64,000 bases of DNA, taken from contig NC_057750.1 in NCBI RefSeq assembly GCF_004010195.1, forward strand, positions 5,793,983-5,857,982, written 5' to 3'. Source of the DNA: Chiloscyllium plagiosum. Taxonomy: Eukaryota. The translations under genes were made by a program, and so were the position numbers. The stretch's first letter is position 1. Each line of letters opens with the position of its first letter. Positions 48,889-61,610 of this stretch are shown piece by piece. The notes beneath the pieces are model-generated. The model was not told where the DNA came from. It made no database searches and saw nothing but the letters and a program-made list of their open reading frames with translations.

Positions 48889-49820
48889 CTGTAGAAATAA
48901 AATTGAACATTGCTTTGACAGCCTGTACAAATTTGATAAAACGCCTTCTGTCATGAGGTTTTCAAGGTATGTATATTCATCAGCAGGGACTTGCCCTTGG
49001 TAGGCAAAAGGAACACAGCTAGACATGTCTTTTAATTAAACAAAAGTAGAGGCAATATTTCCTTGCACGTGTCATGGCAATGACATGGCTAATCAAAGTA
49101 GTGCTCTCTTTGAAATTTGCATTCTTGCATTTGTCCTGATGAGTGCAAGTTCAAAAGTTTCAATATCTTTTTCTTTCACTAATACTCAGGTACAGAAGTG
49201 TAAATATTGAGGTAGTCACTATACATTATTTGAGCATTATTTTGAATACCGTTACTGTACATGACTATTAGAGAATAAACAAGAAAACACAATCACTATT
49301 AGAGTTAAAATGGTTCTGATGGTCCAGAAACGGGAAATCTTCCCTTTCATAAGCTGCTTATTCCAGGTTAGTCGAAGCCCTCGGACCTTGCACACTGGCA
49401 ATCTGGGAGTTGAATACATCAGTACTAATTAGTTGATAGCTGGACAATGAGTTTTTTGTGGACTATATCTGGCACACAGGACAACATTGCCAAGAACCAG
49501 GTATTGTGCATTTTGTTGATATCCAGCTGGAATCTCTCAATACAAGTGACTCATAGTATTTATAAGCACAAAGGGGGAGGTTTATCGATGTGCCAGCTGA
49601 CAAGGTTGGGATAAATCCAAACTGGCACTCTCACAAGCAACACTACCAAGATATGTTTTGTTTAAATTGGATCAAATTCAAATGTGGAATTTAGTTGAAA
49701 CCTAACCTCAAATATGCAGTGTAACCATGGTATTGTTTTATAATACACATGGAAAGATAACATGAAATTAAAAATATTAAAAATCTCAAGTATACATCTG
49801 AAAATATTTAAGCAGCTCAC

Positions 49821-49921
49821 ATCTTCATCCAGGTTGGTTGCCTCCAAATCCACCAGCTTAAACTGGACACGTTTGAAAACCTCTTCCAAGGCTTCAGAAG
49901 CTTTGTAGTCCAGTTTCTCAC
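49821..49921 (-). CDS. PPP1R37: PPP1R37 exon 4
   Basis: tttacag|GT+EKLDYKASEALEEVFKRVQFKLVDLEATNLDED|gtgagc; 101 nt. Confidence 0.96.
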
Positions 49922-51689
49922 CTGTAAAGAGAATAAAAATCTTTTCAATAAACTCAGAGCTACCTCTATTCACTCCTCCACCTGGTTAATCTCATCTTTA
50001 ACAGGCGAACTTCTTAAAACCTTCAAGAAACATACATGCATAGCCATTCCATCTATAGACTCTCTCTTTAAAATGTAACTTTACCTCTTCCATTACGGAT
50101 TTCTGCTGAGTTATGGTTTGGCAGGCCCAAATTGTCCCCTGCAATGTCTTCATGAGAACATAAACGTAATTTGAATAGGAGACATCACACTCAAGTCCAA
50201 TTCCCTCACTTGTACACCAATGCAAGAATTTTGTTAATTTTCAATCTGAGATTGATAAGAATTTTGTCAACCAAATGTATTAACAAGAGATTTAGGATAG
50301 GTATATAAAGTTAGGTCACATATCAGCCACAAAAATGGAACAGGCTTAATGTTTAAATGGCCTTTCTAAATAAAAATTAATTCTTGAGTTGTGGACATCA
50401 GTGGCAAGGCCAACATTTACTACCCATTCCCATTGTATTTGAGAAGATGGTGATTATCTGCCTCACTGAACTGCTGCAGGTAAACACCCAGTGCCATTTG
50501 GGGGCAAGTTCCAAGACTTTGGTCCAACAACAACAAAGGAACAATGATATAGTTCTGAGTGCTGAATGGGTATTGTGCAATTTGATGGGAACTTGCAAGA
50601 GACAGTGTCCCCAGCTGCCTGTTTCCCTTGACAATCTAGGTGGTGCATTACTCAGGTTTGAATTGTGTTGTTGAAGGAGCATTGGCGAGTTGCCATTCCT
50701 ATGATTCCTGCAGGTGTCACTCTATAGAAAACCTTCGGAGGAAATCCTGGCTGAATTGTCTTCACCAATCCTGAGGCACTGGAACAGCAACATGAACTTC
50801 CCAGCTTCTATCCCCTCAAACTTCTAATTCCTCAAGCCAACAATGCTCTAATATGGATTTTGGCATTATTAGACATTTCCTTAGTTCCGGCACATCGTAC
50901 ATCAGACTATCAATGTATTATACTGGTGTGTTAACGAACCTCATTGGGAGAAGAATTGCAACTCTCTCCAGAAAAGCACATTGTCTTAGAGGAAGAAACT
51001 CAGGCCAGCTTTGATCACAATGCAAATCCTCCCCCTGGTTTCTGCAATCCTTTTGGTAAAGGTGCTTTCAAAAAAAAAACAAGGTGCTTTGGAGGCATCA
51101 TCAGAAACAACACTAACAGTTCCTTCAAGTGTCTCAGCAAGCACCAGTTTGGCAATAAGCCAAGGCAAACCAGAGGTCCCAAGATGAATTCTTGTCTGTG
51201 TTGAGTTTAGATTGCAGCTAAGGTATGCTGTTTAGAGTGAGCTGAGCTGGGGAAAGTGGGAAAATATCAAAGATCTTGCTGCGATTACTAATTGATTAGT
51301 CCTGCTGGAAAGCACTATGAGAATGTCTGGGAATGAGTTTAGGATTAAACTCAGCTCTGATGTTTCGCACAGTTGAATAGCTGACTGATGCTCGACATCT
51401 GGGTTCACCTGCATGGAAATGAAATGTGAAATTGAAGGCAAGCATGTCCTCATGAGGTGAGAGACAAGCTGCCTCTCACCTCATGAGGACTGGAACATGA
51501 CTCCCAGTACAGGGGTAAGTGAAACAGAGAAAAGAACTTAGTCGATAAGGAGATAAATACACTGGAAAATTCTTGTCCAAACCCCTCAGGCTATTACAAT
51601 CAATCCAGGAGATTGTAAAGACTGACCGTTACTATGAAAACCTTATTTACACAATCTCTTCTATAGTTATGAACCAGTCAACAGGGTTC

Positions 51690-52035
51690 ACTTCCATCGT
51701 GATGGACAACGTGAATAGCAAAGGTCTTTTCCCAGGGCAGGGGAATCAAAAACTGGAGGGCATACGTTTAAGAGGAGAGGGAAAAAATTTAAAAGGGTTG
51801 AAGGGGTAATGTTTTCATACAGAGGCTGGTGTGTGTACAGAATGAACTGCCAGAGGTGTTGGAAGAGGCTGGCACAATTACAACATTTAAAAGGCATCTG
51901 GATGGGTACATGAAAAGGAAGGATTTTGAGGGGTATGGGTCAAAGGCTGACAAATGGGACTAGATTTAGTTTATCTGGTCAGCATGGATGAAGTGGACTG
52001 AAGGGGCTGTTTTCACGCTGTACACCTCTACGACT
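51690..52035 (+). mobile_element. CR1 LINE 3' fragment
   Basis: Homologous to 14925-15265. Confidence 0.78.
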
Positions 52036-52396
52036 CACCACATCAGCTAGATACCTCAATCCAGACGTTCACTGTTCATTGGGAATAGACAAATCACACA
52101 AATTACTGGTCCATTTTGACACTTGCTGAATTTAAATCAGTGCTTTGATTCATCCCCCCCAAAAAAAGGTGAAATGTTTAACATTATCAATAGGGGCATA
52201 AGTCAATGCAACAATGAAAATAATTATATATTATTCAAGACAAACAAGCTGAGCTTCTAGGAGTATGCTGTTTCAAATGAATGTTCCCTGTCGCCTCCCC
52301 AACCTAGGAATTTTAGGTCCATGTAATTTTTATCAAAGAGAAGACTCTTTACTATCATCCCAGAGATTGCAATAAACATTCTGCAATCAGCCTTAC

Positions 52397-52442
52397 CTTT
52401 CAGATCCAGGCAGTCCAGCCTCTGTGAAAGTTCTTTAAACTC
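52397..52442 (-). CDS. PPP1R37: PPP1R37 exon 3
   Basis: ttttgtag|EFKELSQRLDCLDLK+G|gtaagg; 46 nt. Confidence 0.93.
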
Positions 52443-53848
52443 CTACAAAACAGGAAATATGACCAATCATTACCTGCAAAACCAACAACAATGTGCATTT
52501 ATTTCAGGCCTTTAATTCAGCAAGGTGCTACACAGCATCAACAAAATTTGACAAGGGGTCACAAAAGGAGATACTAGGACAGATGACCAAAAGCGTGGTC
52601 AACAAAGCAAGGTTTAAGGACATTGCAAAGGATGGAAGTGAAATATAAAAACAGAGGACTGCAAGGAAAGAATTCCAAAGATAAGGATTATAGAAGGCAC
52701 AGCTACCAAAATTACAGAAACTAAAATCAGGGGCATTCAAGAGGTCAGAGTTGGATTTTGTAGAATGTTGGACTGGAGGCAGCTACGTAATAGGAGGGTC
52801 CTGGTCAAAGAAGGAGAACTGGGTTCAGAACTTTAAGTCGAAGTGTTAATGGAATGGAAGCCAACATTGGTCAGCTAGTGACTGAGTCAACTGCCAATAT
52901 ATAGGTAAGAAACCTTTGGATTAGCTCCTGTTTACGTAGGTTACAAGATAGAAATGTTAGAAAAGCATTGGAATATTCAAACCTAAAAGGTAACCGAGGC
53001 AAGGATGAGGGTTTTAGTAGCAGATGAGATGAGGCAGTGTAGAATTGAGTAATGTTACGGGGTGAAAGGAGGCAGACTGGTCAACATGTTTGCTTATAAG
53101 GATGTTATTTTTACTGTGTTGAGGTGCGACAGCAGTATCACAACATTCCTATGCTGAGGTGGATATGCAGTAGGAGGCCCAAAATAGATATTATCATTTG
53201 ACATGCAAATTTCAGTCTCAAACAAAAGCATGGAAGTATCATCATATGGGACTGGGTATTTTAATTGTTTCTCTGTCCACAGATATTGCTAAACTTGCTG
53301 AATTTCTCTAGTGCTTCCTGAATTTATTTCAAATTTCCAATCCCTGCTTGATAACTCCCCTTGTTGAACCTGACATGGCGAGAGACTCTGCTTAAGGATA
53401 GTGGAGGTGCAGATTTGCCTCACACTGCACTACAGCTTTCTGAAGTACTTGGTCATCTTAAAATTATGCTAATAATGCCAATATTATTTGGGATTGTCAT
53501 TACCAGACACAGTACAGCACCTGGAATTTGGTTCCCCATGATTGGTTAAGTTATTGATCAAAGACATTTGACAAAAGGCAATGGTAGAGTTTTCATTAAA
53601 TAAACAAGAACATGAAAGAATGAAGGCATTTGTCTCTCAGTTCACAACCTCAAGTTGTTATAATAACTTCACACCAATTATGTAGTTTTTAAAAGTGCAG
53701 TTATTTGAATGCAGAAAGGTCCCGCAAACTAGAAAATTTCCCATTTTAGTGATGCTGCTTGAAGGGTGAACATCTGCTGGGATACCTGCTGTTCTTCACA
53801 GAGTGAGACAGATTCCTTTAAGAGACAGCAGAGGTAGCTACAGTTTAA

Positions 53849-54031
53849 CAAAAACGGAAATTGCTGGAAAAGCTCAGTCGGTCTGGCAACTCTGTTCTGA
53901 GGAAGGGCCACTTGACCTGAAACATTAACTCTGATTTCTCTCCACAGATGCTGCCAGACCGGCTGAGCTTTTCCAGCAATTTCTGTTTTTGTTTCTGATT
54001 TACAGCATCTGCAGTTCTTTCCGTTTTTATT
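53849..54031 (+). mobile_element. Short fold-back Penelope-like pLTR insertion (second subfamily) with 14-bp TSD
   Basis: TSD tagctacagtttaa at 53835-53848 and 54032-54045; inverted arms; CTGAGGA...GAAAC core at 53897-53926. Confidence 0.82.
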
Positions 54032-54691
54032 TAGCTACAGTTTAATGTCTCCAACAAGACTGCAGTTTCAAACTTGATGGCATTCAAGCACTTGGAGTGG
54101 TACAAGTCTCAATCTGTCGAATCAAGAATGGGGAGTTAAAATCTGGTCACAAGTCTAAAAGGATCAATGTGAGATTTGCCTCTAAACAGACAACTTCTTG
54201 TAAACCATGAGCTCCACCTCTTGGAGTGAAGGCAAGTTATCAAAGATATGCTTACTCACTAAAATAAAAGGCATTTTTACATGCTCTGTTGTTACTACAG
54301 AAATATATTTCACCAACAGCATCCTGACCGTAACCATTGATCACAAACTGAACATATGAAATAGGAACTGAAGTAGATTATTCAGCTCTTTGGACCTGCT
54401 CTGCCATTCAATAAGATCATGGCCGATAATATGTGTTTCAAACTGCACACTCCAGTGTACTCCAGATAACTTTTGAATCCCTTGTGTAATAATCATCAAT
54501 CTATCTGTGCCTTAAAAACATTTAATGAGCCTGCTTTCACCAATTTTTGAGGTAGAGTTCTAAAGTCATACAACTTTCAGAGAAAAAAAAAAGTAATCTT
54601 CATCCTAAATAAAGATTCTCATTTTAAAAAAATAGTGCTACATAATTTTGGGTGGATCCACAATTGCTCAACTGTATAAATACTGTGACTA

Positions 54692-54893
54692 GGAGAAAGT
54701 GAGGACTGCAGATGCTGGTGATCAGAGCTGAAAATGTGTTGCTGGAAAAGCACAGCAGGTCAGGCAGCATCCAAGGAGCAGGAGAATCGACGTTTCGGCC
54801 ATAAGCCCTTCTTCAGGAATGAGGCCTGAACGTCGATTCTCCTGCTCCTTGGATGCTGCCTGACCTGCTGCGCTTTTCCAGCAACACATTTTC
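54692..54893 (-). mobile_element. Short fold-back Penelope-like pLTR insertion with 14-bp TSD
   Basis: Inverted arms 54729-54794 and 54829-54894; TSD aaatactgtgacta at 54678-54691 and 54894-54907. Confidence 0.85.
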
Positions 54894-56058
54894 AAATACT
54901 GTGACTACAAGAGTAGGTCAAAGAATTCTGTGGTGAGTAACTCAGCTTGACTCCCTAAAGCTGGCCCACCAGCATCAAAGTACAAGTTAGGATGTGATGC
55001 AAAAAAAATGTTTTACCTTTAGGCTGTATGCCTGACATGGAAAATACAGTGTAAATATTAAGAAAATTACAATTGCATTGAGCAACCAGAGTGTGGACGA
55101 TTTCTGCATGGAGAAAAGTTGAATTTTATTACATTTTCTGTAATCTTCCCGTTGAAATGACTTGTAATCAACATTTACAAATTTTATGAATCAAGTATAT
55201 TTTCAGGGAAAAAAATTCAGCCAGGAGTGTGCTGGAATTCTCTGTTTTCCTGGATGACTGCAGTTCCAACAACACTCAAGGAGTTCAACACCAGCAGGAT
55301 AAAGCACTTCACTTGATCTGCACCCTATCCACTACTTTCAACATGTAATCCCTCCACCATTGATAAGGCTATAATCCCTTGTACATCAAACATCTGGAGT
55401 CAAAATCCTTGAACTCCCTCCCCAACAATGTTGTGGGTCTACCTATAGCACATGGACTGCAGCAGTTCTCACATCACCTTCTCAAGGGCAACATGCAGAG
55501 TTACAGTTTTAGGATGGGGGGGGGGGGGCTGGGTCTGGGTGGAATGCTCTTCAGGGGGCTGGACTCAAAAAGGCTTGCTTCCACACACTAGGGATTCTAT
55601 GCTTCAATCTGTTTGCATTGAATATATTCAAATGACCCGGATTCTCATATTCTCTGGGGAAGATAAGTACAAGGACTAATGACACTCGGAAGAAATTCCT
55701 CGTTTCTAACTTAAATGGCTGTGGCCCTTTGTTCTAAATTTGTCCATAAGAGGAAACATCCTCTCTACCCAATCCTTCAATACACTTCAGAGTCTTGCAC
55801 ACCTCAATAAGCTCGTTTCTCAGTCTTCTCAACAAGTATAGGCCCAAACTGCTCAAGCATTCCTCGTAAGTCAAATCCCTTCGTTCCAGGAATTGACCTG
55901 TTGAACCTTCTCTGAATGGCCTTTAATGGAAAATTTATCCCTCCTTAAATAAGGTTGCCAAAGCCAGACATGGCAGGTGAGATGTGGTCTCACCAATGCC
56001 CTGTGAAGAGCAATAAATCAGAGTTGTAAAAAAGGGTGAGTTCAAGGCCATACACTTG

Positions 56059-56229
56059 AAGTTAGTGAGAACTGCAGATGTTGGAAAGTCAATAAGATGG
56101 GGAACTGGAAAAAGCACAGCAGATCAAGCAGTAACAGAAGACCAGTCCTAATGAAGGGTCCTGTCCAAAACATCGACTCTTCTGATGCTGCTTGAGCTAC
56201 TGTGCTTTTCCCAGCTCCACATTTTATCA
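56059..56229. mobile_element. Degenerate fold-back Penelope-like pLTR insertion
   Basis: Inverted pLTR halves flanked by aaggccatacacttg (56044-56058) and aaggcatacacttg (56230-56243). Confidence 0.7.
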
Positions 56230-57163
56230 AAGGCATACACTTGGCTGTGCTGTCTGCCTGCAATGCTGCAACTTGTGAAAGACATCACATGTAAAAGATG
56301 GCTTCTTGAGTGAGTCATCCAGGTCAGTTGGGACAAATGGGATAGGCACCAGCTGTAGATCTACAGTCCTGAAGTGTTAATATCATTGATAGTTTGGGCG
56401 AAGGAATGAAAGAGTATGAAAATCACCAGTCAACAAAGGAGTGTTTGACACGAGCAATGGAAACTCAGGGTTTGGCTGTAGCATAAGCAGTCATGTCAGT
56501 GGACTGGAATTCGACAGTCTCTCATCATCAGGATGCTGGAGCAAGAGGCAGAATGTCACACCACACTGTCAAAGTGACTACAATAGCTGTGTCCCTTTAC
56601 AAAGCGGCTCCTAAATTCCACAAGAAACTGATGACAGGAACAGACAAGATTTTGCTGGTCACGGGGAAGAAATGAGGAGAGAGGAAAAAAAATGCCTCAA
56701 TATTTTATTGAGGAGCAAACATTAAAATTAATATGAAGTGGTGTGACTTACAGATGGTCATTCAGAACTTCAAAAATACTTTGCACACGTTTATTCCAGA
56801 AATTCAGCTCTTAATGGATGGAGGAGCTGACTCGAAGAGCTGGATAGCCTTCTCCAGCTCTTTTTATATTGGTTTGTGGGACATGAGCATCACTGACTAA
56901 GCCAACATTTATTGCCTGTCCCTAGTTGCCCTTGTGAAGGTGATGGTGAGCTGTCTTCTTGAACCATTACAGTCCGTGTGCTACAAGTTGACCCACAATG
57001 CCATTAGGGAGGGAGTTTGACGCAGCAACAGTGATGCACTTCCAAGTCAACATGGAGTGTGGCATGGTGGGAAACATCGAGGTTTTGATATTCCCACATA
57101 GCAGCTGCCCTTGTCGTTCTTGATAGAAGTGGTCATGAGTTTGGAAGGTGCTATCTAAGGATC

Positions 57164-57262
57164 AAAAACAGAAGTTGCTGGAAAAGCTCAGCAGGTCTGG
57201 CAGCATCTGTGAAGAGAAATCAAAGTTAACGTTTCAGGTCCAGTGACCCTTCCTCAGAAAGG
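57164..57262 (-). mobile_element. Penelope-like pLTR fragment nested in a LINE fragment
   Basis: Minus strand reads CTGAGGAAGGGTCACTGGACCTGAAACGTTAAC (core 57228-57257), followed by the pLTR body. Confidence 0.75.
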
Positions 57263-59214
57263 TCTAAGTATCGGTCGGAGGATCTTTGGTGAATTTCTGC
57301 AATGCATCACGGAAAACATTTAAAGAGGAGATCAATAAACTTTTGAAATAATCGGGGAATTGGCAGCAACGCTGACTTAGAATGAAAGTGGAGTTGGACC
57401 TGCAGATCAGCCATAATCTTGATGAATAACAGAGCAGGCTTGAGGGGCTGAATATCCTTCTCACGCACCTTTGTAAGTTCTTGTGTCTATTCAATCGTAG
57501 CAGCAAAGTCGAGCCTGACCCTGTCCTCCCAGTATATACACATTTAGACTTTCCATAGAGACAACTGAATAATCAATAGGAGTAGCCATCCAGATTCTTT
57601 CTTCCGCCCTGACCTCGAGAGTGGAAGCAGGTTGCAGGGCCTTCATACTTGTTGTCTTAGTTGAGCAACTTTATCCAGTCCAGTCAAGTAATCCCAAGCA
57701 CAGTTGCTCCCTATGGTCATTGACAGCTACCAGGCTGTATTTACAAACTGAACTGCTGGGGTTCTATCATGACCGTGCTTGTGTTTTGCTAGTAAACTAA
57801 TTCCCTGCCCCTGCTGTCTTCTCAAGTATCGGTAGCTGTCCATGCTACAAATATTTATCCAGCTGTCCTTTGAAGGATTTTTATCTTAGCCACTCCCTGT
57901 CAAACTCTATGCTTCGATAACTATTTGCATTAAAGACATTTCTTCTAACTACTTCCTTAGTGAGTGAACGTCACAAAGTGGTGTTGTCATTGGTGGAGAT
58001 AGAGCTGAGCCAAAGTTAGCAATTTCAAAAGAATGTGGAGCCGTCAAAATGATAAAAACTCACTGAAACAAGGTCAATTTGCACAAGTGGGCACAACCCT
58101 GAAACTTGTAGTTTGACCCTTTGGCTGCGGCAGGGAGCAATCAGCTACATTAAGTATAATCCTAACAAGCACACTGTTTGGTTAGAGCTGGGACAAACTG
58201 ATATTTACAGTTGTTGTGTCAATAGAGTGCTTCAGAAACTTGTGACCACGTAAACAACATTCTAGGCAGTTAGTGATAACATGTGAGTAGCAATCAAACA
58301 CTTGCTCTGTTAAGAACTGATAAGGAAGAAAACTACAAATCTGCATTGCTTCAAAAGGGTTTGGAGGAAGAAATAGGGCTATACTCAACTTGCCAGTGCA
58401 TTCTGGCATGGTTCTTAACCAAATCATGCCAAAAAAAAATTCTAATTAGCTTACTGGCCATACTCAAAGCCTGAGCATAGTGACAAGACAGACCTCTGTA
58501 AAGCTTTGGATTTCACAGCTTTGCAAAGAACCATATTGATATTGAAGGTTGCCTCTGTATTAATCAACCAACATGATGCCACAGCTGAGTAGGATGAGTG
58601 ACAAACACACTCTTTTGCCTGTGTCTTACATAACAGATTATAAATTCACAAACTTTTCGTTCTATGCAGCGAGTATTCACTGCTCTGGGTCACTTTAGGA
58701 TTGACCATTCAATCAATGGGTAAGTCCTCAGTTACCAGTTTTGTCCCTGGTCTCCTCCTTTCCTGGGGGCTACAATTCCACTGACTTTCACAACCCTTCA
58801 CGAGTGAAGTGAAGGTTTGTGGGATATTTAACTATGGGGCATCACAGCTGGATTCAATGCTGTCCTCCCTCAACCTGTTCCCCTCACTGAAATCAGATTT
58901 GGTACAAACCGGAGGGCTTAGCAGTTCACACAACTGTTCGTAGTCAATTTGTTCACTGAACTATTATGGGATCAACTTGTCAAAATGTGGAAGACCTGGT
59001 CAAGTTAGATCAGTAAATTATGCAAGTGAAACCAATCCAAAGAGAAAAGATGCCAAGTGATTCATTTAGAATGAAGCATAATAAGTGACAGATAAAATAC
59101 AATAGGCCCATTCCCTACAACAGAATGTGCATAATTTTTCATTAATTATGCTTCCACTTTAGTAAGGACAGGACTCCTATCACGGGTGAGTTTACTCTGA
59201 AAGTCCAGCCTTAC

Positions 59215-59312
59215 TTGGATCTGTTTGAGCAGCTTGTTAATCGGCTTGCAGTTCAGCTTCTGGCAGGCCATCTTGTAGGCAGCAATGATCTCCTCCACTG
59301 TCACATTCTGGG
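59215..59312 (-). CDS. PPP1R37: PPP1R37 exon 2
   Basis: tctttcag|CC+QNVTVEEIIAAYKMACQKLNCKPINKLLKQIQ|gtaagg; 98 nt. Confidence 0.94.
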
Positions 59313-60502
59313 CTGAAAGACAGCAAACATTTCTGAATCACAACAAAACTCAGCATCCAGTTCAAGAGATAAAGTAAATCATCCTTCTCCACCCACATCC
59401 TGAGAGTATGCATGCAAGCGTGGAGCAGGAATCACTTAAGTCCACAACCTAACTACAACAGAGTCCTACATACCAATGCCTGGCATTAACTGAAGGCACA
59501 CTTACTTCTGGTTTTCACCAATTTTCTCTGCTCGGATTAATCCTTCATGGAATCACAGGGCAAAAGAACAGTATTCAGTCTATTAAGTCTGTGTCAATCT
59601 CTTTTACAGATCATTCCAGTTAGTTCTACTCCCCTACTCCTTCCCCACATTCCCACAAATTATTTCTCCAATTCTCTTTCGCAGGTTACTACTGAATCTA
59701 TACCCACTATCCTAATCAGGCTCTGCATCCCAAAATACAACTCCTCAGTGGTTTTAAAAGAAAAAAGGTTTTTGCCCGTGTGTCACTTCAGTTTTTCCCC
59801 CAATCTGAACAGACTCTGTGGCACACTGCAACCACTCCCCTCTCTTTATAGAGACTGTTTTAAGAAAGTTCTGGGATTGTAGCCCCCTTCTTCTGATCAA
59901 CACTGGAGTTTGTTATCCACACATGAACCTTGACCGCAAGTGCTAGCAAAGTATTTAATCACTGTGCAATAACATAACCAATCCAATCGTGTTCTTATTC
60001 TATTCCTGCCTTCCAGAAGTCAACAGCCAGTGCTCCTCTTCCCAATTCACAGAAACTGCAGCAAATTTATGACACTGACCCTGTCTGAAAGCAGTTTGTT
60101 GGTCACGGGTACCCACAGTTATCAAACATGGGTCTATGAAGCTAAAGACCTTGGAGCTCTTATGAGTGTATTTAACCTAAGGCTTAAGGCAGTGCTTGCA
60201 TGGACAACTAGTTCTGTAACTAGCTCTGAAATGGTTGTTGAAGCAGATTGTAGATGCTTGGTGGCTTAGAATTTGAACATTGCTGAAAACAAGCCATTTC
60301 AGAACTTTTATCTTGCACTCGTTGAACAGTCATAGGAATTCCAAATCTCAAAAGGGAAGGACAATTCATGCTGCAAAGAAAGCGAGTGCTGATTGGTTGT
60401 CGAGTGGGCTCTGATTGGAAGAGCTCTTGCCAATGAATCAGGACCCTCTCTAATGTGGTATAAATTGTTGTTCCCTTTGAGATTGGGCATTCTAATGAAA
60501 GT

Positions 60503-61610
60503 AGGAGAATGTGATGACTGCAGATGCTGGAGATCAGAGCTGAAAAATGTGTTGCTGGAAAAGCACAGCGGGTCAGGCAGCATCCAAGGAGCAGGAGAAT
60601 CGACGTTTCGGGCATAAGCCCTTCTTCAGGAGTGAGGAGGGTGTGCCAAGCAGGCTAAGATAAAAGGTAGGGAGGAGGGACTTGGGGGAGGGGCACTGGG
60701 AATGCGATAGGTGGAAGGAGGTTAAGGTGAGGATGATAGGCCGGAGAGGGGATGGGGGCGGAGAGGTCGGGAAGAAGATTGCAGGTCAAGAAGGCGGTGC
60801 TGAGTCTGAGGGTTGNNNNNNNNNNNNNNNNNNNNNNNNNNNNNNNNNNNNNNNNNNNNNNNNNNNNNNNNNNNNNNNNNNNNNNNNNNNNNNNNNNNNN
60901 NNNNNNNNNNNNNNNNNNNNNNNNNNNNNNNNNNNNNNNNNNNNNNNNNNNNNNNNNNNNNNNNNNNNNNNNNNNNNNNNNNNNNNNNNNNNNNNNNNNN
61001 NNNNNNNNNNNNNNNNNNNNNNNNNNNNNNNNNNNNNNNNNNNNNNNNNNNNNNNNNNNNNNNNNNNNNNNNNNNNNNNNNNNNNNNNNNNNNNNNNNNN
61101 NNNNNNNNNNNNNNNNNNNNNNNNNNNNNNNNNNNNNNNNNNNNNNNNNNNNNNNNNNNNNNNNNNNNNNNNNNNNNNNNNNNNNNNNNNNNNNNNNNNN
61201 NNNNNNNNNNNNNNNNNNNNNNNNNNNNNNNNNNNNNNNNNNNNNNNNNNNNNNNNNNNNNNNNNNNNNNNNNNNNNNNNNNNNNNNNNNNNNNNNNNNN
61301 NNNNNNNNNCTCTGAAATGTTCCGCAAGTAGGTGGCCTGTCTCCCCAATGTAGAGGAGGCCACATCGGGTGCAGTGGATGCAGTAAATGATGTGTGCGGA
61401 GGTGCAGGTGAATTTGTGACGGATATGGAAAGATCCCTTGGAGGGAAGTGAGGGGGGAGGTGTGGGCGCAAGTTTTGCATTTCTTGCGGTTGCAGGGGAA
61501 GGTGCCGGGAGTGGAGGTTGGGTTGATGGGGGGGGGGGGTGTGGACCTGATGAGGGAGTAGCAGAGGGAGTGGTCTTTCCGGAACGCTGACAGGGGAGGG
61601 GAGTGTCCTG
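60503..61610 (-). mobile_element. Penelope-like retroelement, 5'-truncated, with GIY-YIG endonuclease remnant (contains a gap)
   Basis: Minus-strand translation PGTFPCNRKKCKTCAHT...FHIRHKFTCTSAHIIYCIHCTRCGLLYIGETGHLLAEHFR (Cys-rich linker plus GIY-YIG, frameshifted); pLTR with hammerhead core at 60602-60629. Confidence 0.88.

Larger units (their letters stand above)
31828..59312 (-). other. PPP1R37: PPP1R37 gene coding span, exons 2-12; exon 1 lies beyond the right edge
   Basis: Eleven phase-consistent exons encode ribonuclease-inhibitor-like LRRs and end ...EKELEELLLEASQETCRETS*, matching vertebrate PPP1R37/LRRC68 as I recall it. Confidence 0.96.
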
